From Planctomycetota bacterium (lineage in GTDB: Bacteria; Planctomycetota; SZUA-567; H5-PLA8), in assembly GCA_045863855.1 (NCBI GenBank), contig BTVV01000033.1:1-56671 (forward strand): DNA of 56,671 nt, in the 5' to 3' direction. This document shows, in pieces, positions 11,075 through 20,812 of the stretch. The notes below the pieces were generated by a model. That model saw only the letters and a program-made list of their open reading frames with translations, made no database searches and was not told where the DNA came from. Numbering within the stretch: the stretch's first letter is position 1; every line of letters starts with the position of its first letter. A program made the position numbers and the translations under genes.

Positions 11075-11203
11075 GTCCGGTTGCCTTCCTCGCGCGATAC
11101 CGGTCCGCCGCCGCGCGCCACGGATGCCCGCCTGAGTCTAGCCCTGCTCCCGCATCGGTCCAGTCCAGACGGCGCGTCACGGACTGTGGAGCGTGATGGC
11201 CCG

Positions 11204-11866
11204 CTAACGCCGGCCGCTCACCGCGCGCTCGACCGATGCCGTCACCACGTCCAAGGGCAGATCGCCGGGAATCTCGGTCAGCAGTCCGCGCGTGCGGTAA
11301 AACTCGATCAGCGGCGCGGTCTCCGACCAGTACTTGCGCTGCCGCGCGCGCACCGTCGCTTCGCGGTCGTCGGCGCGCTGGTACAGCTTCCCGCCGCATG
11401 CGTCGCAGCGCCCGGGCCGCGCCGGCGGCTTGTGCATCAGATTAAAGATCGCTCCGCAATCTTCGCACGATCGCCGCTGCGCCACGCGGTGAACGACGAT
11501 GTCGTCCCCGGTGTTGATCAACACCACCGTCGTAATCGACTGGTTGTACTGCATCAGGAACTCGTCCAGCGCGATGGCCTGCGGAAGCGTGCGAGGAAAA
11601 CCGTCGAAGATGATGCCGCGGTCCGCGCCGATCTCTTCGGCCAGCGTCTCGCGCACCAGACCCACTACCAGTTCGTTGGAAACCAATCCGCCCGCTTCGA
11701 GGATCGGCTTGACCTGCTTGCCGAGGGGGGATTCCTTGCGCACCGCATCGCGGAAAAGGTCGCCGGTGGCGATGTGCCGCCAGTTCCAGCGTTCGGCGAG
11801 GCGCTTGGCTTGGGTGCCTTTGCCGGCGCCCGGAGGACCCAGCAGGATCAAGCGTGGGGCCGGCAT
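11204..11866 (-). CDS. adk: Adenylate kinase (zinc-lid type)
   Basis: LLGPPGAGKGTQA, FDGFPRT, CEDC...CDAC lid, QRADD. Confidence 0.98.
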   Translation of the reverse strand: MPAPRLILLGPPGAGKGTQAKRLAERWNWRHIATGDLFRDAVRKESPLGKQVKPILEAGGLVSNELVVGLVRETLAEEIGADRGIIFDGFPRTLPQAIALDEFLMQYNQSITTVVLINTGDDIVVHRVAQRRSCEDCGAIFNLMHKPPARPGRCDACGGKLYQRADDREATVRARQRKYWSETAPLIEFYRTRGLLTEIPGDLPLDVVTASVERAVSGRR

Positions 11867-11929
11867 CGGCTGCGATCTCCCGGCGCGCCGCTACGGTTCG
11901 CATGCCGCGCGGTCGAGCGCGGACGAGCG

Positions 11930-13276
11930 TTACCCGCGCCGGCCGCGGATGCGACCGCCGCTTTTCAGGAACCCGTCGTACCGTTCCATCAGCATGTGCG
12001 ACTCGATCCGGTTGATCATGTCCAGCGCCACGCCCACCACGATCAGCAGGCCCGTGCCGCCGAAGAAGTCCGAGACCGTGAAGCCGACCTTCAGCCCCGC
12101 CTGGATCAACTGCGGCACGATCGCGATGATCGCGATGAAGATCGCGCCCGCGAACGTGATCCGGTTCATCACCGTCTCCAGATACGCCCGCGTGTCGTTG
12201 CCCGGACGGATGCCCGGAATGAACATACCGTACTGCTTGAAGTTCTCGGCATGCTCCTTCGGATCGAAGATCACCGCGGTATAGAAGTAGCTGAAGAAGA
12301 CGATCAGCAGCAGGTACATCGTCATGTACAGGTACGAACCTTGCTGCACGAACGAGGCCAGTTCCTGCACCCACAGCACCGGCACCATCATCAGGAACGA
12401 CGGTAGCATCATCAGCGCTTGCGCGAAAATGATCGCGATCACACCCGACGCGTTGAGCTTCAGCGGCAAGTAGTGCTGCTGGCGGAAGCCCATCCGGCTG
12501 CGCTTGGGCGTCTGCATCGGAATCCGGCGCGTCGCCTCGGTCACGAAGACCACCGCCGTCACCATCAGCAGGAACAGGAAACCCAGCAGGAACAGCTCGC
12601 TCGGACCGATCGACGCCGGACTCGGCGAATCGATCGCCGGATCGAAGCGCCGGAACACTTCCTCCAGCGCCACAGGCATGCGCGAAATGATGCCCACCAT
12701 GATGATCAGAGAAATGCCGTTGCCCAGCCCGAACTCGTCGATCTGCTCGCCCAGCCACATCAAGAATGCCGTACCCGCCGCCAAAATAATCGCCGATTGA
12801 ATCAGGAAGCTCAGCCCCGGATCCGGCACCATCGGCACGCCTTTCATCGGCGGCTGATTCTGCAGCGTCTGACAGATCACCAAAGCCTGGAAGATGCACA
12901 GCACCACCGTGCTGTAGCGTGTCCACTGATTGATCTTGCGCCGGCCGCTCTCCCCTTCCTTCGAAATCTTCTGCAACGCCGGCACAATCGCGCACAGGAT
13001 CTGGAAAATGATCGAGGCCGAGATGTACGGCATAATGCCCAGCGCGAAGACCGATACGCGCGACAGGCCACCGCCGGCGAACATGTCCAAAATGCCGATG
13101 AACTGGCTTAACCCGCCGCCTTCCGTCGGACTGAACATCTGGCGCACGGCTTCGAGGTTCACGCCGGGGAGCGGAATGTGCGAGCCCAGCCGGTAGACCA
13201 CCAGCAGGCCCATCGTCCAGAACAACTTCTTCCGAAGCTCAGGAATCCTGGCGATGTTGGAGAAGGCTTGAAACAT
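11930..13276 (-). CDS. secY: Preprotein translocase subunit SecY
   Basis: FALGIMPYISASII, WLGEQIDEFGLGNGISLII, IPGIRPG, GGTGLLIVVGVALD. Start at MFQAF. Confidence 0.99.
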   Translation of the reverse strand: MFQAFSNIARIPELRKKLFWTMGLLVVYRLGSHIPLPGVNLEAVRQMFSPTEGGGLSQFIGILDMFAGGGLSRVSVFALGIMPYISASIIFQILCAIVPALQKISKEGESGRRKINQWTRYSTVVLCIFQALVICQTLQNQPPMKGVPMVPDPGLSFLIQSAIILAAGTAFLMWLGEQIDEFGLGNGISLIIMVGIISRMPVALEEVFRRFDPAIDSPSPASIGPSELFLLGFLFLLMVTAVVFVTEATRRIPMQTPKRSRMGFRQQHYLPLKLNASGVIAIIFAQALMMLPSFLMMVPVLWVQELASFVQQGSYLYMTMYLLLIVFFSYFYTAVIFDPKEHAENFKQYGMFIPGIRPGNDTRAYLETVMNRITFAGAIFIAIIAIVPQLIQAGLKVGFTVSDFFGGTGLLIVVGVALDMINRIESHMLMERYDGFLKSGGRIRGRRG

Positions 13277-13357
13277 GGCGTCTACCCTGGCCGGCCGTAT
13301 ATGCATCAACGGCCGGTGATTCGAAAAGCGGCAAGCCGGGCAGGCGCGGCCCCGGCC

Positions 13358-13966
13358 TTACTTCGCGGGCGCCTTGGCCTTGGCCGCCTTGGGCGCTTCG
13401 CCGCTCTTGCGCTTTTCCTTCGCCGCCTTGGCTTCCTGCACGGCCTTCTCGGCGTCCTCAAGCAGCTTCTTCTGCTTGGCTTCGCGCACGAACAACGGAC
13501 CGGCCTTCTTGGGCGCGCCTTCCGCCCAGATCGCCTTCCCGCCGGCCTTCTCGATCTTCTCGATGGCGCTCTTGGAGAAGCCGTCCGCCGTTACCGTCAG
13601 CGCCACCGACAACTCGCCTTCGCCCAGAATCTTCACCGGCACGCGGTGAGCGCTATGCAGCAGCCCCGCTTCGCGCAACTGCTCCACCCCCACATTGCCG
13701 CCCTTGAACGACTTGCCCAAATCTCCGATGTTGACCACCGCGAAGACTTCCTTGAACGCGCCGTTGCGGAATCCGCGCTTCGGCAAGCGCCGGAAGAGCG
13801 GCATCTGGCCGCCTTCGTAGGTCACCTTCATCGACCAGCCCGAGCGCGAGGTCGCGCCTTCGCGGCCGCGGCAGCTCGTCTTGCCGTGTCCGCTTCCGGG
13901 GCCGCGGCCCACGCGCTTTTTGCGCTTATGGGAAAGCTGGGCCGTGCGGGCATCGTGCAGTTGCAT
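13358..13966 (-). CDS. rplO: 50S ribosomal protein L15 with Lys/Ala-rich C-terminal extension (202 aa)
   Basis: KRVGRGPGSGHGKTSCRG, YEGGQMPLFRRLPKRGF, VKILGEG, FSKSAIEKIEKAGG. Start at ATG 13966. Confidence 0.97.
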   Translation of the reverse strand: MQLHDARTAQLSHKRKKRVGRGPGSGHGKTSCRGREGATSRSGWSMKVTYEGGQMPLFRRLPKRGFRNGAFKEVFAVVNIGDLGKSFKGGNVGVEQLREAGLLHSAHRVPVKILGEGELSVALTVTADGFSKSAIEKIEKAGGKAIWAEGAPKKAGPLFVREAKQKKLLEDAEKAVQEAKAAKEKRKSGEAPKAAKAKAPAK

Positions 13967-14024
13967 GACGTTCGTCCACCTTATTCGGGCGCGAACTCCG
14001 GCGCTGCGCCGGAGCCACGCGAAC

Positions 14025-14747
14025 TCATTCTTTTTTCTCTTCGGCTCCGCCTTCGGCCGGCTTCTCGGCTTCGGGCTTCGCTTCCGCCACGGGCTCCGCT
14101 TTCGCGGGCTTGGGCTCCGGCTTCGGCGCGGCGGCCTCGGCCTTCGCGCGCTCTTCTTCCATCGCACGTTGCAGCATGGCGCGCTGAGCCTTCGCGCGGT
14201 CGCGCGTCGCCTGCACCTTCTGGATCGACTGGATCATCGGGTCGGCCTGCGGCTCCACTCCCCGCAAACGGCCCACGGTGTCCCGGCTGCGCAGTTCCAG
14301 CAGCGCATGCAGCGCCGCCTTGACCAAATTCTTCGGATTCGTCGTCTTCCCGATGCTCTTCGTCAGCAAATCGTGAATCCCGGCGCACTCCAGCACCTGG
14401 CGCACCGCCGCGCCGGCGATCAGCCCCGTGCCGGGCCGCGCGGGAAGCATGATCACCCGCGCCGAGCCGAACTTGCCGATCACTTCATGCGGCAGCGTCG
14501 AACCGTAAACCGGGATGCGCAGCAGATTCTTCCGCGCGTTCTTCGCCGCCTTCTCGATCGCGGCGGGCACTTCCCGGGCCTTGCCGTAGCCGATGCCGAC
14601 CACGCCTTCCCCGTTGCCCACCACCGCCATCGCGGCGAACGAAAACCGGCGGCCGCCCTTCACGACCTTGGCGCAACGCCAAATGTCGACCACCCGTTCC
14701 GTCAGAATCAGCCCATGGGGCTCGATCCGAGTACCTTGCGCGATCAA
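14025..14747 (-). CDS. rpsE: 30S ribosomal protein S5 with long C-terminal extension (240 aa)
   Basis: [43 protein letters not shown]. Confidence 0.97.
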   Translation of the reverse strand: MIAQGTRIEPHGLILTERVVDIWRCAKVVKGGRRFSFAAMAVVGNGEGVVGIGYGKAREVPAAIEKAAKNARKNLLRIPVYGSTLPHEVIGKFGSARVIMLPARPGTGLIAGAAVRQVLECAGIHDLLTKSIGKTTNPKNLVKAALHALLELRSRDTVGRLRGVEPQADPMIQSIQKVQATRDRAKAQRAMLQRAMEEERAKAEAAAPKPEPKPAKAEPVAEAKPEAEKPAEGGAEEKKE

Positions 14748-14769
14748 AACGCAACCTCCCTTAACCCGC

Positions 14770-15135
14770 TTAGAACGCCAAGCCGCCTTCGCGAGCGCCC
14801 TCGGCGAGCGCCTTCACGCGGCCATGGTACAGGTACCCGCCGCGATCGAATACGGCCTTCTCGATGCCCTTCTGCTTGGCCAACTGCGCCAGCGCCTTGC
14901 CCACCGTCTTCGCCGCCACCACGCTCCCGCCCGACTTCAGCGATCCGCGCAGATCCTTCGACATCGACGTGGCCGTCACCAGCGTCCTGCCTTCCACGTC
15001 GTCGATCAACTGCGCCTGGATGTGCTTCGAACTGCGGAACACATTCAAGCGCGGCCGCTCGGCCGTGCCCTGTATCTTGCGGCGTACCCGCCGGTGGCGC
15101 TTCATGCGCTTGTCGTTCGACGATTGCTGAGCCAT
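14770..15135 (-). CDS. rplR: 50S ribosomal protein L18
   Basis: [44 protein letters not shown]. Confidence 0.98.
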   Translation of the reverse strand: MAQQSSNDKRMKRHRRVRRKIQGTAERPRLNVFRSSKHIQAQLIDDVEGRTLVTATSMSKDLRGSLKSGGSVVAAKTVGKALAQLAKQKGIEKAVFDRGGYLYHGRVKALAEGAREGGLAF

Positions 15136-15182
15136 CTCGAATCTCGCTCCGAAAAATCCAACCGCTCGCGTCCAGGCGACCC

Positions 15183-15737
15183 TTAGGTCCCCGTCGCGCC
15201 CACCGTCTTGCCTGGCAGCTTGCGAACCTGCTCGCCCTGGTACCGGATGCCCTTGCCCTTATACACGTCCGGAGGACGGATCGCGCGCAACGAGGCCGCC
15301 GCCTGCCCGACCAACTGCTTGTCGATCCCCGTGATCACCATTTCCGTCTGCGACGGGCACGTCACCGTCACGCCGTCAGGAATCTGGTACACGCGCGGAA
15401 CTTTCGTATTCCAGCCCACCCAGAGCAGCACCTGCTTGCCCGATACCTGAGCGCGGTAACCCACGCCCTGGATCTCGAGCCGCTTCTCGTAGCCCTTCGT
15501 CACGCCGAATATCATGTTCGCGGCCAACGCACGATACAACCCGTGCTTGGCGCGCTCGGCGCGAAGGTCGGAAGACCGGAGCACCATCAGCTCCTTGCCT
15601 TCGACGGCCGCGGAGATCGAGCCGCTCATGGCCAGCTTAAGCTGGCCCTTGGGGCCTTTAACGGTCACCTCGTGACCCTCGACGCTCACGTTAACGCCGT
15701 CGGGGATGGCGACCGGCTTTTTTCCAATGCGCGACAT
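15183..15737 (-). CDS. rplF: 50S ribosomal protein L6
   Basis: [34 protein letters not shown]. Confidence 0.98.
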   Translation of the reverse strand: MSRIGKKPVAIPDGVNVSVEGHEVTVKGPKGQLKLAMSGSISAAVEGKELMVLRSSDLRAERAKHGLYRALAANMIFGVTKGYEKRLEIQGVGYRAQVSGKQVLLWVGWNTKVPRVYQIPDGVTVTCPSQTEMVITGIDKQLVGQAAASLRAIRPPDVYKGKGIRYQGEQVRKLPGKTVGATGT

Positions 15738-15787
15738 GGCAATGCTTCCCGGTTCCTGCGTCCTGCCTGCGTGCTCAACTCAGCGCG

Positions 15788-16195
15788 TCACTCGACGCGG
15801 CAAAGCACCTCGCCGCCCACGTTGGCTTCCCGCGCTTTGCGGTCCGACATCACACCCTTCGGCGTGGACAGCACCCAGATGCCCAAGCCCTGCAGCACCG
15901 GCTTCAATTCCGTCACCTTCATGTAAACCCGGCGACCCGGCTTGCTCACCCGGTCGATCCGGCGAATCACCTTCTCGCCGCCGCGGCCGTAGCGAAGCTG
16001 GATCAGCAAGTCGTTCTGCACCTTGCACTCGGGGTTGGCCACCACCTCGTAGCGCTCGATGAACCCCTCGTCCTTCAGCGTTTCGCACACGCTGAGGCAC
16101 ACGTTCGTGCTGCGCACGCGGACCTGATCCATGAACCGCATATTGGCGTTGCGGATCCGGGTCAGCATGTCGGCGATCGGATCGGTCAATGGCAT
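15788..16195 (-). CDS. rpsH: 30S ribosomal protein S8
   Basis: TDPIADMLTRIRNA, RVSKPGRRVY, STPKGVM, GGEVLC. Confidence 0.98.
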   Translation of the reverse strand: MPLTDPIADMLTRIRNANMRFMDQVRVRSTNVCLSVCETLKDEGFIERYEVVANPECKVQNDLLIQLRYGRGGEKVIRRIDRVSKPGRRVYMKVTELKPVLQGLGIWVLSTPKGVMSDRKAREANVGGEVLCRVE

Positions 16196-16255
16196 GTCCT
16201 GCTCGCTCCGTAAACTCCGCGAAAGCGCGGCGCTCTTCCCGTTCTCAACCGGACG

Positions 16256-16441
16256 CTACCAGCTCGACTTGCGCACGCCCGGAATCTCACCCTGATGCGC
16301 CAGCTTCCGGAAACACAACCGGCAAATCCGGAACTTGCGCAAATACGCCCGCGAACGCCCGCACAGCTCGCAGCGGTTGTACGCGCGCGTACCGAACTTC
16401 GGCTTTTCCTTGCACTTCACCTTCCAGCGCAGGCTGGCCAT
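16256..16441 (-). CDS. rpsN: 30S ribosomal protein S14, zinc-binding (type Z)
   Basis: 61 aa, [29 protein letters not shown]. Confidence 0.98.
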   Translation of the reverse strand: MASLRWKVKCKEKPKFGTRAYNRCELCGRSRAYLRKFRICRLCFRKLAHQGEIPGVRKSSW

Positions 16442-16471
16442 GCATCACTCCTTACCCGTCGTAACTCGCGT

Positions 16472-17077
16472 TCAGCGTTCCCGGAACGGCATGCCCAAGT
16501 GCCGCAGCAGCGCGCGCGCCTGCTCGTCGCTCTTGGCCGTCGTGCAGATCGTCACGTCCATCCCGTGCACCACGTCCGCCTTGTCCGCATCGATCTCGGG
16601 GAACACCGTCTGTTCCTGCAACCCCATCGAGTAGTTCCCGCGCCCGTCGAAGCTGCGCGGAGACACCCCGCGGAAGTCGCGGATACGCGGAATCGCCACG
16701 TTCAAAAGCCGGTCGAGGAACTCGTACATCCGCGGGCCGCGCAACGTCACCCGGCAGCCCACCTTCATGTTCTCGCGCAGCTTGAAGTTCGAGATCGACT
16801 TCGTCGCGATCGTCACCACCGCCTTCTGGCCCGCGATCGTCGTCATGTCGCTCACGCACTGCTCGACGAACTTCGAGTTGCCCTCGGCCCCGGCCTTGCC
16901 GAAGCCCATGTTCAGGCACACCTTCGTCAAGCGCGGCACGGCCATCTTGTTCTTGATGCCGAACTCCTGCATCAGCGCCGGCAGCACCGTGTCCTCGTAG
17001 CGCTTGCGCAAACGCGCCTTCGCCGCCGGAACCACCGGTTTCTTGCCGCCCGCCGCCTCTTTCTTCTCGTCCGCCAT
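16472..17077 (-). CDS. rplE: 50S ribosomal protein L5
   Basis: [41 protein letters not shown]. Confidence 0.98.
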   Translation of the reverse strand: MADEKKEAAGGKKPVVPAAKARLRKRYEDTVLPALMQEFGIKNKMAVPRLTKVCLNMGFGKAGAEGNSKFVEQCVSDMTTIAGQKAVVTIATKSISNFKLRENMKVGCRVTLRGPRMYEFLDRLLNVAIPRIRDFRGVSPRSFDGRGNYSMGLQEQTVFPEIDADKADVVHGMDVTICTTAKSDEQARALLRHLGMPFRER

Positions 17078-17118
17078 GGAATCGCTCGCCTTCTTGCCGC
17101 CCAGGACCCGCTACGCGC

Positions 17119-17448
17119 TCAACCGCGGTTGCGCCACTCGCGCGGGCCCGCCTCCACCAATTCCAGATTCGCCAGCGCGATCGGGCGCTTCATGATCTTC
17201 AGCCCGCCCGCCTCGCCGCTCTTCGGGTTGTAACGCACCGTCTTCCAGTGCTCGAGCCCGCGCGTCGGCTTCTCCTTCTCGCCGCGCTTCGCGCGCTTCT
17301 TCGGCACTTCCAGCACCGCGCGGCCCTTGATCCGGTCCACCTGCAGCACCGTACAGACCAGCGGAGCGCCCTGCTCGTCCTTCGCGTTGCGCCCTTCGCC
17401 CTGCACAATTCGGACCTTGTCGCCCTTGCAGATCTTGCTCTTGATCAT
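17119..17448 (-). CDS. rplX: 50S ribosomal protein L24, divergent
   Basis: Position between rplN and rplE. KOW-like KICKGDKVRIVQG and C-terminal GGL...RPIALANLELV. Confidence 0.85.
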   Translation of the reverse strand: MIKSKICKGDKVRIVQGEGRNAKDEQGAPLVCTVLQVDRIKGRAVLEVPKKRAKRGEKEKPTRGLEHWKTVRYNPKSGEAGGLKIMKRPIALANLELVEAGPREWRNRG

Positions 17449-17837
17449 CACACCACCTCAGCCGCCAGAGAGACGATCTTCATGAAGCCCTTGGAGCGCA
17501 GTTCGCGCGCCACCGGCCCGAAGATGCGCGTGCCGCGCGGCTCTTCCTCGGCGTTCAGCAGCACGATCGCGTTGTTGTCGAAGCGCACCGTGGAACCGTC
17601 CGCGCGCCGGATCGGCGACTTGGTACGAACCACCACGCCCTTCACCACCAGCTTCTTCTTTTCCTTCTTGTTCGCGCAGACGAAATCGCTGCCCGGCTGC
17701 ACCTTCTTCACCGCCACCACGATGATGTCGCCCACCCGGGCGTAGCGGCGCTTCGAGCCGCCCAGCACCTTGATGCACAGCGCCGTGCGAGCACCGCTGT
17801 TGTCCGCCACTTCCACCACCGTCTCTTGCTGAATCAT
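17448..17837 (-). CDS. rplN: 50S ribosomal protein L14
   Basis: [37 protein letters not shown]. Has a short Lys-rich insertion. Confidence 0.98.
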   Translation of the reverse strand: MIQQETVVEVADNSGARTALCIKVLGGSKRRYARVGDIIVVAVKKVQPGSDFVCANKKEKKKLVVKGVVVRTKSPIRRADGSTVRFDNNAIVLLNAEEEPRGTRIFGPVARELRSKGFMKIVSLAAEVV

Positions 17838-17871
17838 CGGTCTATCCGCCTCGTTGCCGCCGCCCGTCCGC

Positions 17872-18183
17872 TCAAACCTTGGCCGCTTCCGTGCCCGGCA
17901 CCGCGGCCAGATCGACCGCGCGCTCCAGCACCTTAATCAGACGCCAGCGCTTCTGCTTCGAAAGCGGGCGCGTGAACTCCACCTCCACCCGGTCGCCCTG
18001 CTTCGCCTCGTTCTTCTCGTCGTGGGCGTGCAGCTTCGTCGAACGGTAAATGTACTTCCCGTACGCTTCGTGCTTGAACAGGCGGCGCACCTCGATCGTG
18101 ATCGTCTTGTGGCGCTTGTCGCTCACCACCACGCCGATACGAGTCACCTTCGCCAGTTCGTCCGTCTTCGCTTCGTCCGCCAT
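17872..18183 (-). CDS. rpsQ: 30S ribosomal protein S17
   Basis: [36 protein letters not shown]. Confidence 0.97.
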   Translation of the reverse strand: MADEAKTDELAKVTRIGVVVSDKRHKTITIEVRRLFKHEAYGKYIYRSTKLHAHDEKNEAKQGDRVEVEFTRPLSKQKRWRLIKVLERAVDLAAVPGTEAAKV

Positions 18184-18262
18184 GAATCGCTCTTCCTACC
18201 CGCTGCCCGGCTGCGTTCTAAGCCTGCACCCGCCGCGCGACGCGCGCGGCCCGGCCACGGCC

Positions 18263-18688
18263 TTATTTGCTCTGACCCGGATCCACGCGCTCCAGCACCT
18301 TGCGCACCCGGCGCGCCTCCGCCAAACGCACCGCCGCCCGGTCCGCCGCGCTCGTCTTCTCCAGGCGCAGATTCTTCAAGCGCACCCGCGGAAGCTGTAC
18401 CCGCGGCTCCGACGACGCCAGCTTGCGAGCCTTCGGCTGAGCGCTCTCCGCCTTCGGCTTCAACTCCGCGATCGACCGGTCCAACTCCGTGCGCAAACCG
18501 CGCTCGCGAAGGATCGTCCGGATACGCGCCACCAGCCGGCGGCCCAGCTTCTTCTCGTGCGCCTTGATCGCCTCGCCGCTGGCCCCGCGGACCGTCGCGT
18601 CGAAAATCTTCTTCTTCTCCATCGCGAGCTGATCCAGCAGTTCCTGGTCCGTCTTCTCGCGCAGGTCCTTGCCGATAATCATGGGCAT
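18263..18688 (-). CDS. rpmC: 50S ribosomal protein L29 with about 75-aa C-terminal extension (141 aa)
   Basis: Position between rplP and rpsQ. KDLREKTDQELLDQL...RRLVARIRTILRER. Confidence 0.9.
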   Translation of the reverse strand: MPMIIGKDLREKTDQELLDQLAMEKKKIFDATVRGASGEAIKAHEKKLGRRLVARIRTILRERGLRTELDRSIAELKPKAESAQPKARKLASSEPRVQLPRVRLKNLRLEKTSAADRAAVRLAEARRVRKVLERVDPGQSK

Positions 18689-18755
18689 TGTACGAATCCT
18701 TACCTCAACACCGGCTCAACGTCGTCTCGTTCCGTCCGTTCAAGCGCCGCGCGCC

Positions 18756-19175
18756 TTACACCGTCGGGCGCCGAGCCACGAACTTGATCTTCACCGGAAG
18801 CTTGCCCGCCTGCTTGCGGAAGAGTTCCCGCGCCAGCAAGAGCGGAATCCCGCCGATCTCGAAGAGGATCGTGCCGGGCTTCACCACCGCCGCCCAGTAC
18901 TCCACTTCGCCCTTGCCCTTGCCCATGCGCGTCTCGGCCGCCGTCGCCGTGACCGACTTGTGCGGGAAGACGCGGATCCAGTAGCGCCCTTCCGTGCCCA
19001 GGCCGCGCGAAAGCACCACGCGGGCCGCTTCGATCTGCTGCGCGCTCAGCCAGCCGGCTTCCAGCGCCATGCAGCCGTAGTCCCCGTAGGCCACGTAATT
19101 GCCGCGCGTCGCCATCCCGCGAATCCGGCCGCGCTGCGACTTGCGGTGCTTGACCCGTTTAGGCATCAAGGACAT
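18756..19175 (-). CDS. rplP: 50S ribosomal protein L16
   Basis: PKRVKHRK.QRGR, QIEAAR, WIRVFP, ETRMGKGKG, KLPVK. Confidence 0.98.
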   Translation of the reverse strand: MSLMPKRVKHRKSQRGRIRGMATRGNYVAYGDYGCMALEAGWLSAQQIEAARVVLSRGLGTEGRYWIRVFPHKSVTATAAETRMGKGKGEVEYWAAVVKPGTILFEIGGIPLLLARELFRKQAGKLPVKIKFVARRPTV

Positions 19176-19821
19176 GGGCCGTCTCCTTCTCGATCTTGCC
19201 CTTGTAGATCCACACCTTGATGCCGATCACCCCATACGTCGTCTTGGCTTCGGCCAGGCCGTAATCCACATCCGCCGTCAGCGTGTGCAACGGCAGCGAG
19301 CCTTCCATGTACTTCTCGGTGCGCGCGATTTCCGCGCCGCCCAACCGCCCCGCGCAGATGATCTTCACGCCGCGCGCGCCCGCGCCGCGCGAAGTCTCCA
19401 CGGCCTTTTTCATCGCGCGCCGGAAACTCGCGCGCTTCAACAACTGCTCGGCCACACCCTGAGCCACCAGCGCCGCGTCCAACTCCGGCTTCGTCACCTC
19501 GCGGATGTTGACCTGAATCTTCTTCGTTTCGCCCGAAGCGAACTTCTGCAAATCCTCGCGCAGCTTGTCGATCTCCGCGCCCTTCTTTCCGATCACCACG
19601 CCCGGACGGGACGTGTGCAGGAAAACGCTGATCTCTTCCCCGCCGCGCTCGATCTCCACGCGCGAAATGCCCGCCTGCGGCAGCTTCGCCATCACGTAGC
19701 GCTTGATCTTCTGGTCTTCCACCAGCCGCGCGCCGAAATCCTGCTTCCGGGCGTACCAGCGCGAATTCCAGGGCCGGGTAATCCCGACGCGGAAACCGAA
19801 CGGATGAATCTTCTGACCCAC
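19159..19821 (-). CDS. rpsC: 30S ribosomal protein S3
   Basis: MGQKIHPFGFR, RPGVVIGKKG, GRLGGAEIAR, PLHTL.ADVDY, YGVIGIKVWI. Confidence 0.98.
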   Translation of the reverse strand: MGQKIHPFGFRVGITRPWNSRWYARKQDFGARLVEDQKIKRYVMAKLPQAGISRVEIERGGEEISVFLHTSRPGVVIGKKGAEIDKLREDLQKFASGETKKIQVNIREVTKPELDAALVAQGVAEQLLKRASFRRAMKKAVETSRGAGARGVKIICAGRLGGAEIARTEKYMEGSLPLHTLTADVDYGLAEAKTTYGVIGIKVWIYKGKIEKETAHVLDA

Positions 19822-19843
19822 GCTCTAGCTCCTGGCGCGCGCC

Positions 19844-20386
19844 CTATTCGGACGCGGCCTGCTTGGCGCCTTCGGACTTCGCGGCGCCCTTCTTGGACTT
19901 GGACTTGGACTTCTTGCTCTTTTTCGGGCCCTTCGCCGGTGCGGCTTCCGCCGAACCTTCCGGTCGCTCGCCCAGCACCACCGTCAGATGCGAACTGCGC
20001 CGGATGATCGGTCGCGCACGCCCCATCGGGCCGGCCTTGAAGCGGTGCAGCCGCGAACCTTCGTTGCAGTACGCCTCCGCCACCACCAGTTCCGCCGCGC
20101 CCACTCGGCCGTTGGACTTCACGTCCGCGTTGCCCAGCGCGCTCATCAGGACGCGGTCGGCAAGGTACGCCGCGCGCTTCGACGAATAACGCAGCACCTC
20201 GCGCGCACGCTCCACCGGCAGCCCGCGGATCTGATCCAGCACCAGCCGGACCTTCTGCGGCGCCATGCGGAACCCGCGCAACGTCGCCCCGTACCGGCCC
20301 TCGGCGTACACCAGCCGCTGAGCCTTCGGATGCCCCTGCTCGATGCGCGCGGGGCTGACGATCTTGCCGTGCCGAATCTGTCCCAT
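19844..20386 (-). CDS. rplV: 50S ribosomal protein L22 with N- and C-terminal extensions (180 aa)
   Basis: RMAPQKVRLVLDQIRG, SALGNA, GRARPIIRRSSHLTVVL, followed by a Lys-rich tail. Confidence 0.95.
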   Translation of the reverse strand: MGQIRHGKIVSPARIEQGHPKAQRLVYAEGRYGATLRGFRMAPQKVRLVLDQIRGLPVERAREVLRYSSKRAAYLADRVLMSALGNADVKSNGRVGAAELVVAEAYCNEGSRLHRFKAGPMGRARPIIRRSSHLTVVLGERPEGSAEAAPAKGPKKSKKSKSKSKKGAAKSEGAKQAASE

Positions 20387-20434
20387 CGTTCCTCAACCTT
20401 CAATCGGGGGCCTGCGCCCGTTCGTACTCGCGCC

Positions 20435-20743
20435 TTACTTCTTCGCCGCCGGAGCCGGCGCCGGAGCGGCGCCCGCTTTGGCCGCGCCGCCCGAATGCCC
20501 GCGGAACGTCCGCGTCGGGGAGAACTCGCCCAGCTTGTGCCCGACCAGTTCCTCGGTCACGTACACGCGCAGGAACGTCTTCCCGTTGTGGACCAAGAAC
20601 GTATGCCCGACGAACTCGGGAATGACGGTGCAGGCGCGCGCCCAGGTCTTGATGGGCTCGCGGCCCCCCTGGTGCTTCTGCTTCTCCACCTTCACTCGAA
20701 GTTTCGGATCCACGAAGGGACCCTTTTTCATCGAACGGGACAT
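20435..20743 (-). CDS. rpsS: 30S ribosomal protein S19
   Basis: [36 protein letters not shown]. Confidence 0.98.
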   Translation of the reverse strand: MSRSMKKGPFVDPKLRVKVEKQKHQGGREPIKTWARACTVIPEFVGHTFLVHNGKTFLRVYVTEELVGHKLGEFSPTRTFRGHSGGAAKAGAAPAPAPAAKK

Positions 20744-20812
20744 CGTTTGCCCTGCTCCTTGGATTCGCCCTGCTCCAGGCCGCTACGCGCTTACGCCGCG
20801 CACGAGCGAGAC

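Noticed and set aside
13967..14024. Absence of rpmD (L30) between rpsE and rplO
   Set aside because: L30 loss is known in several phyla, including PVC members, so it is not treated as novel by itself.
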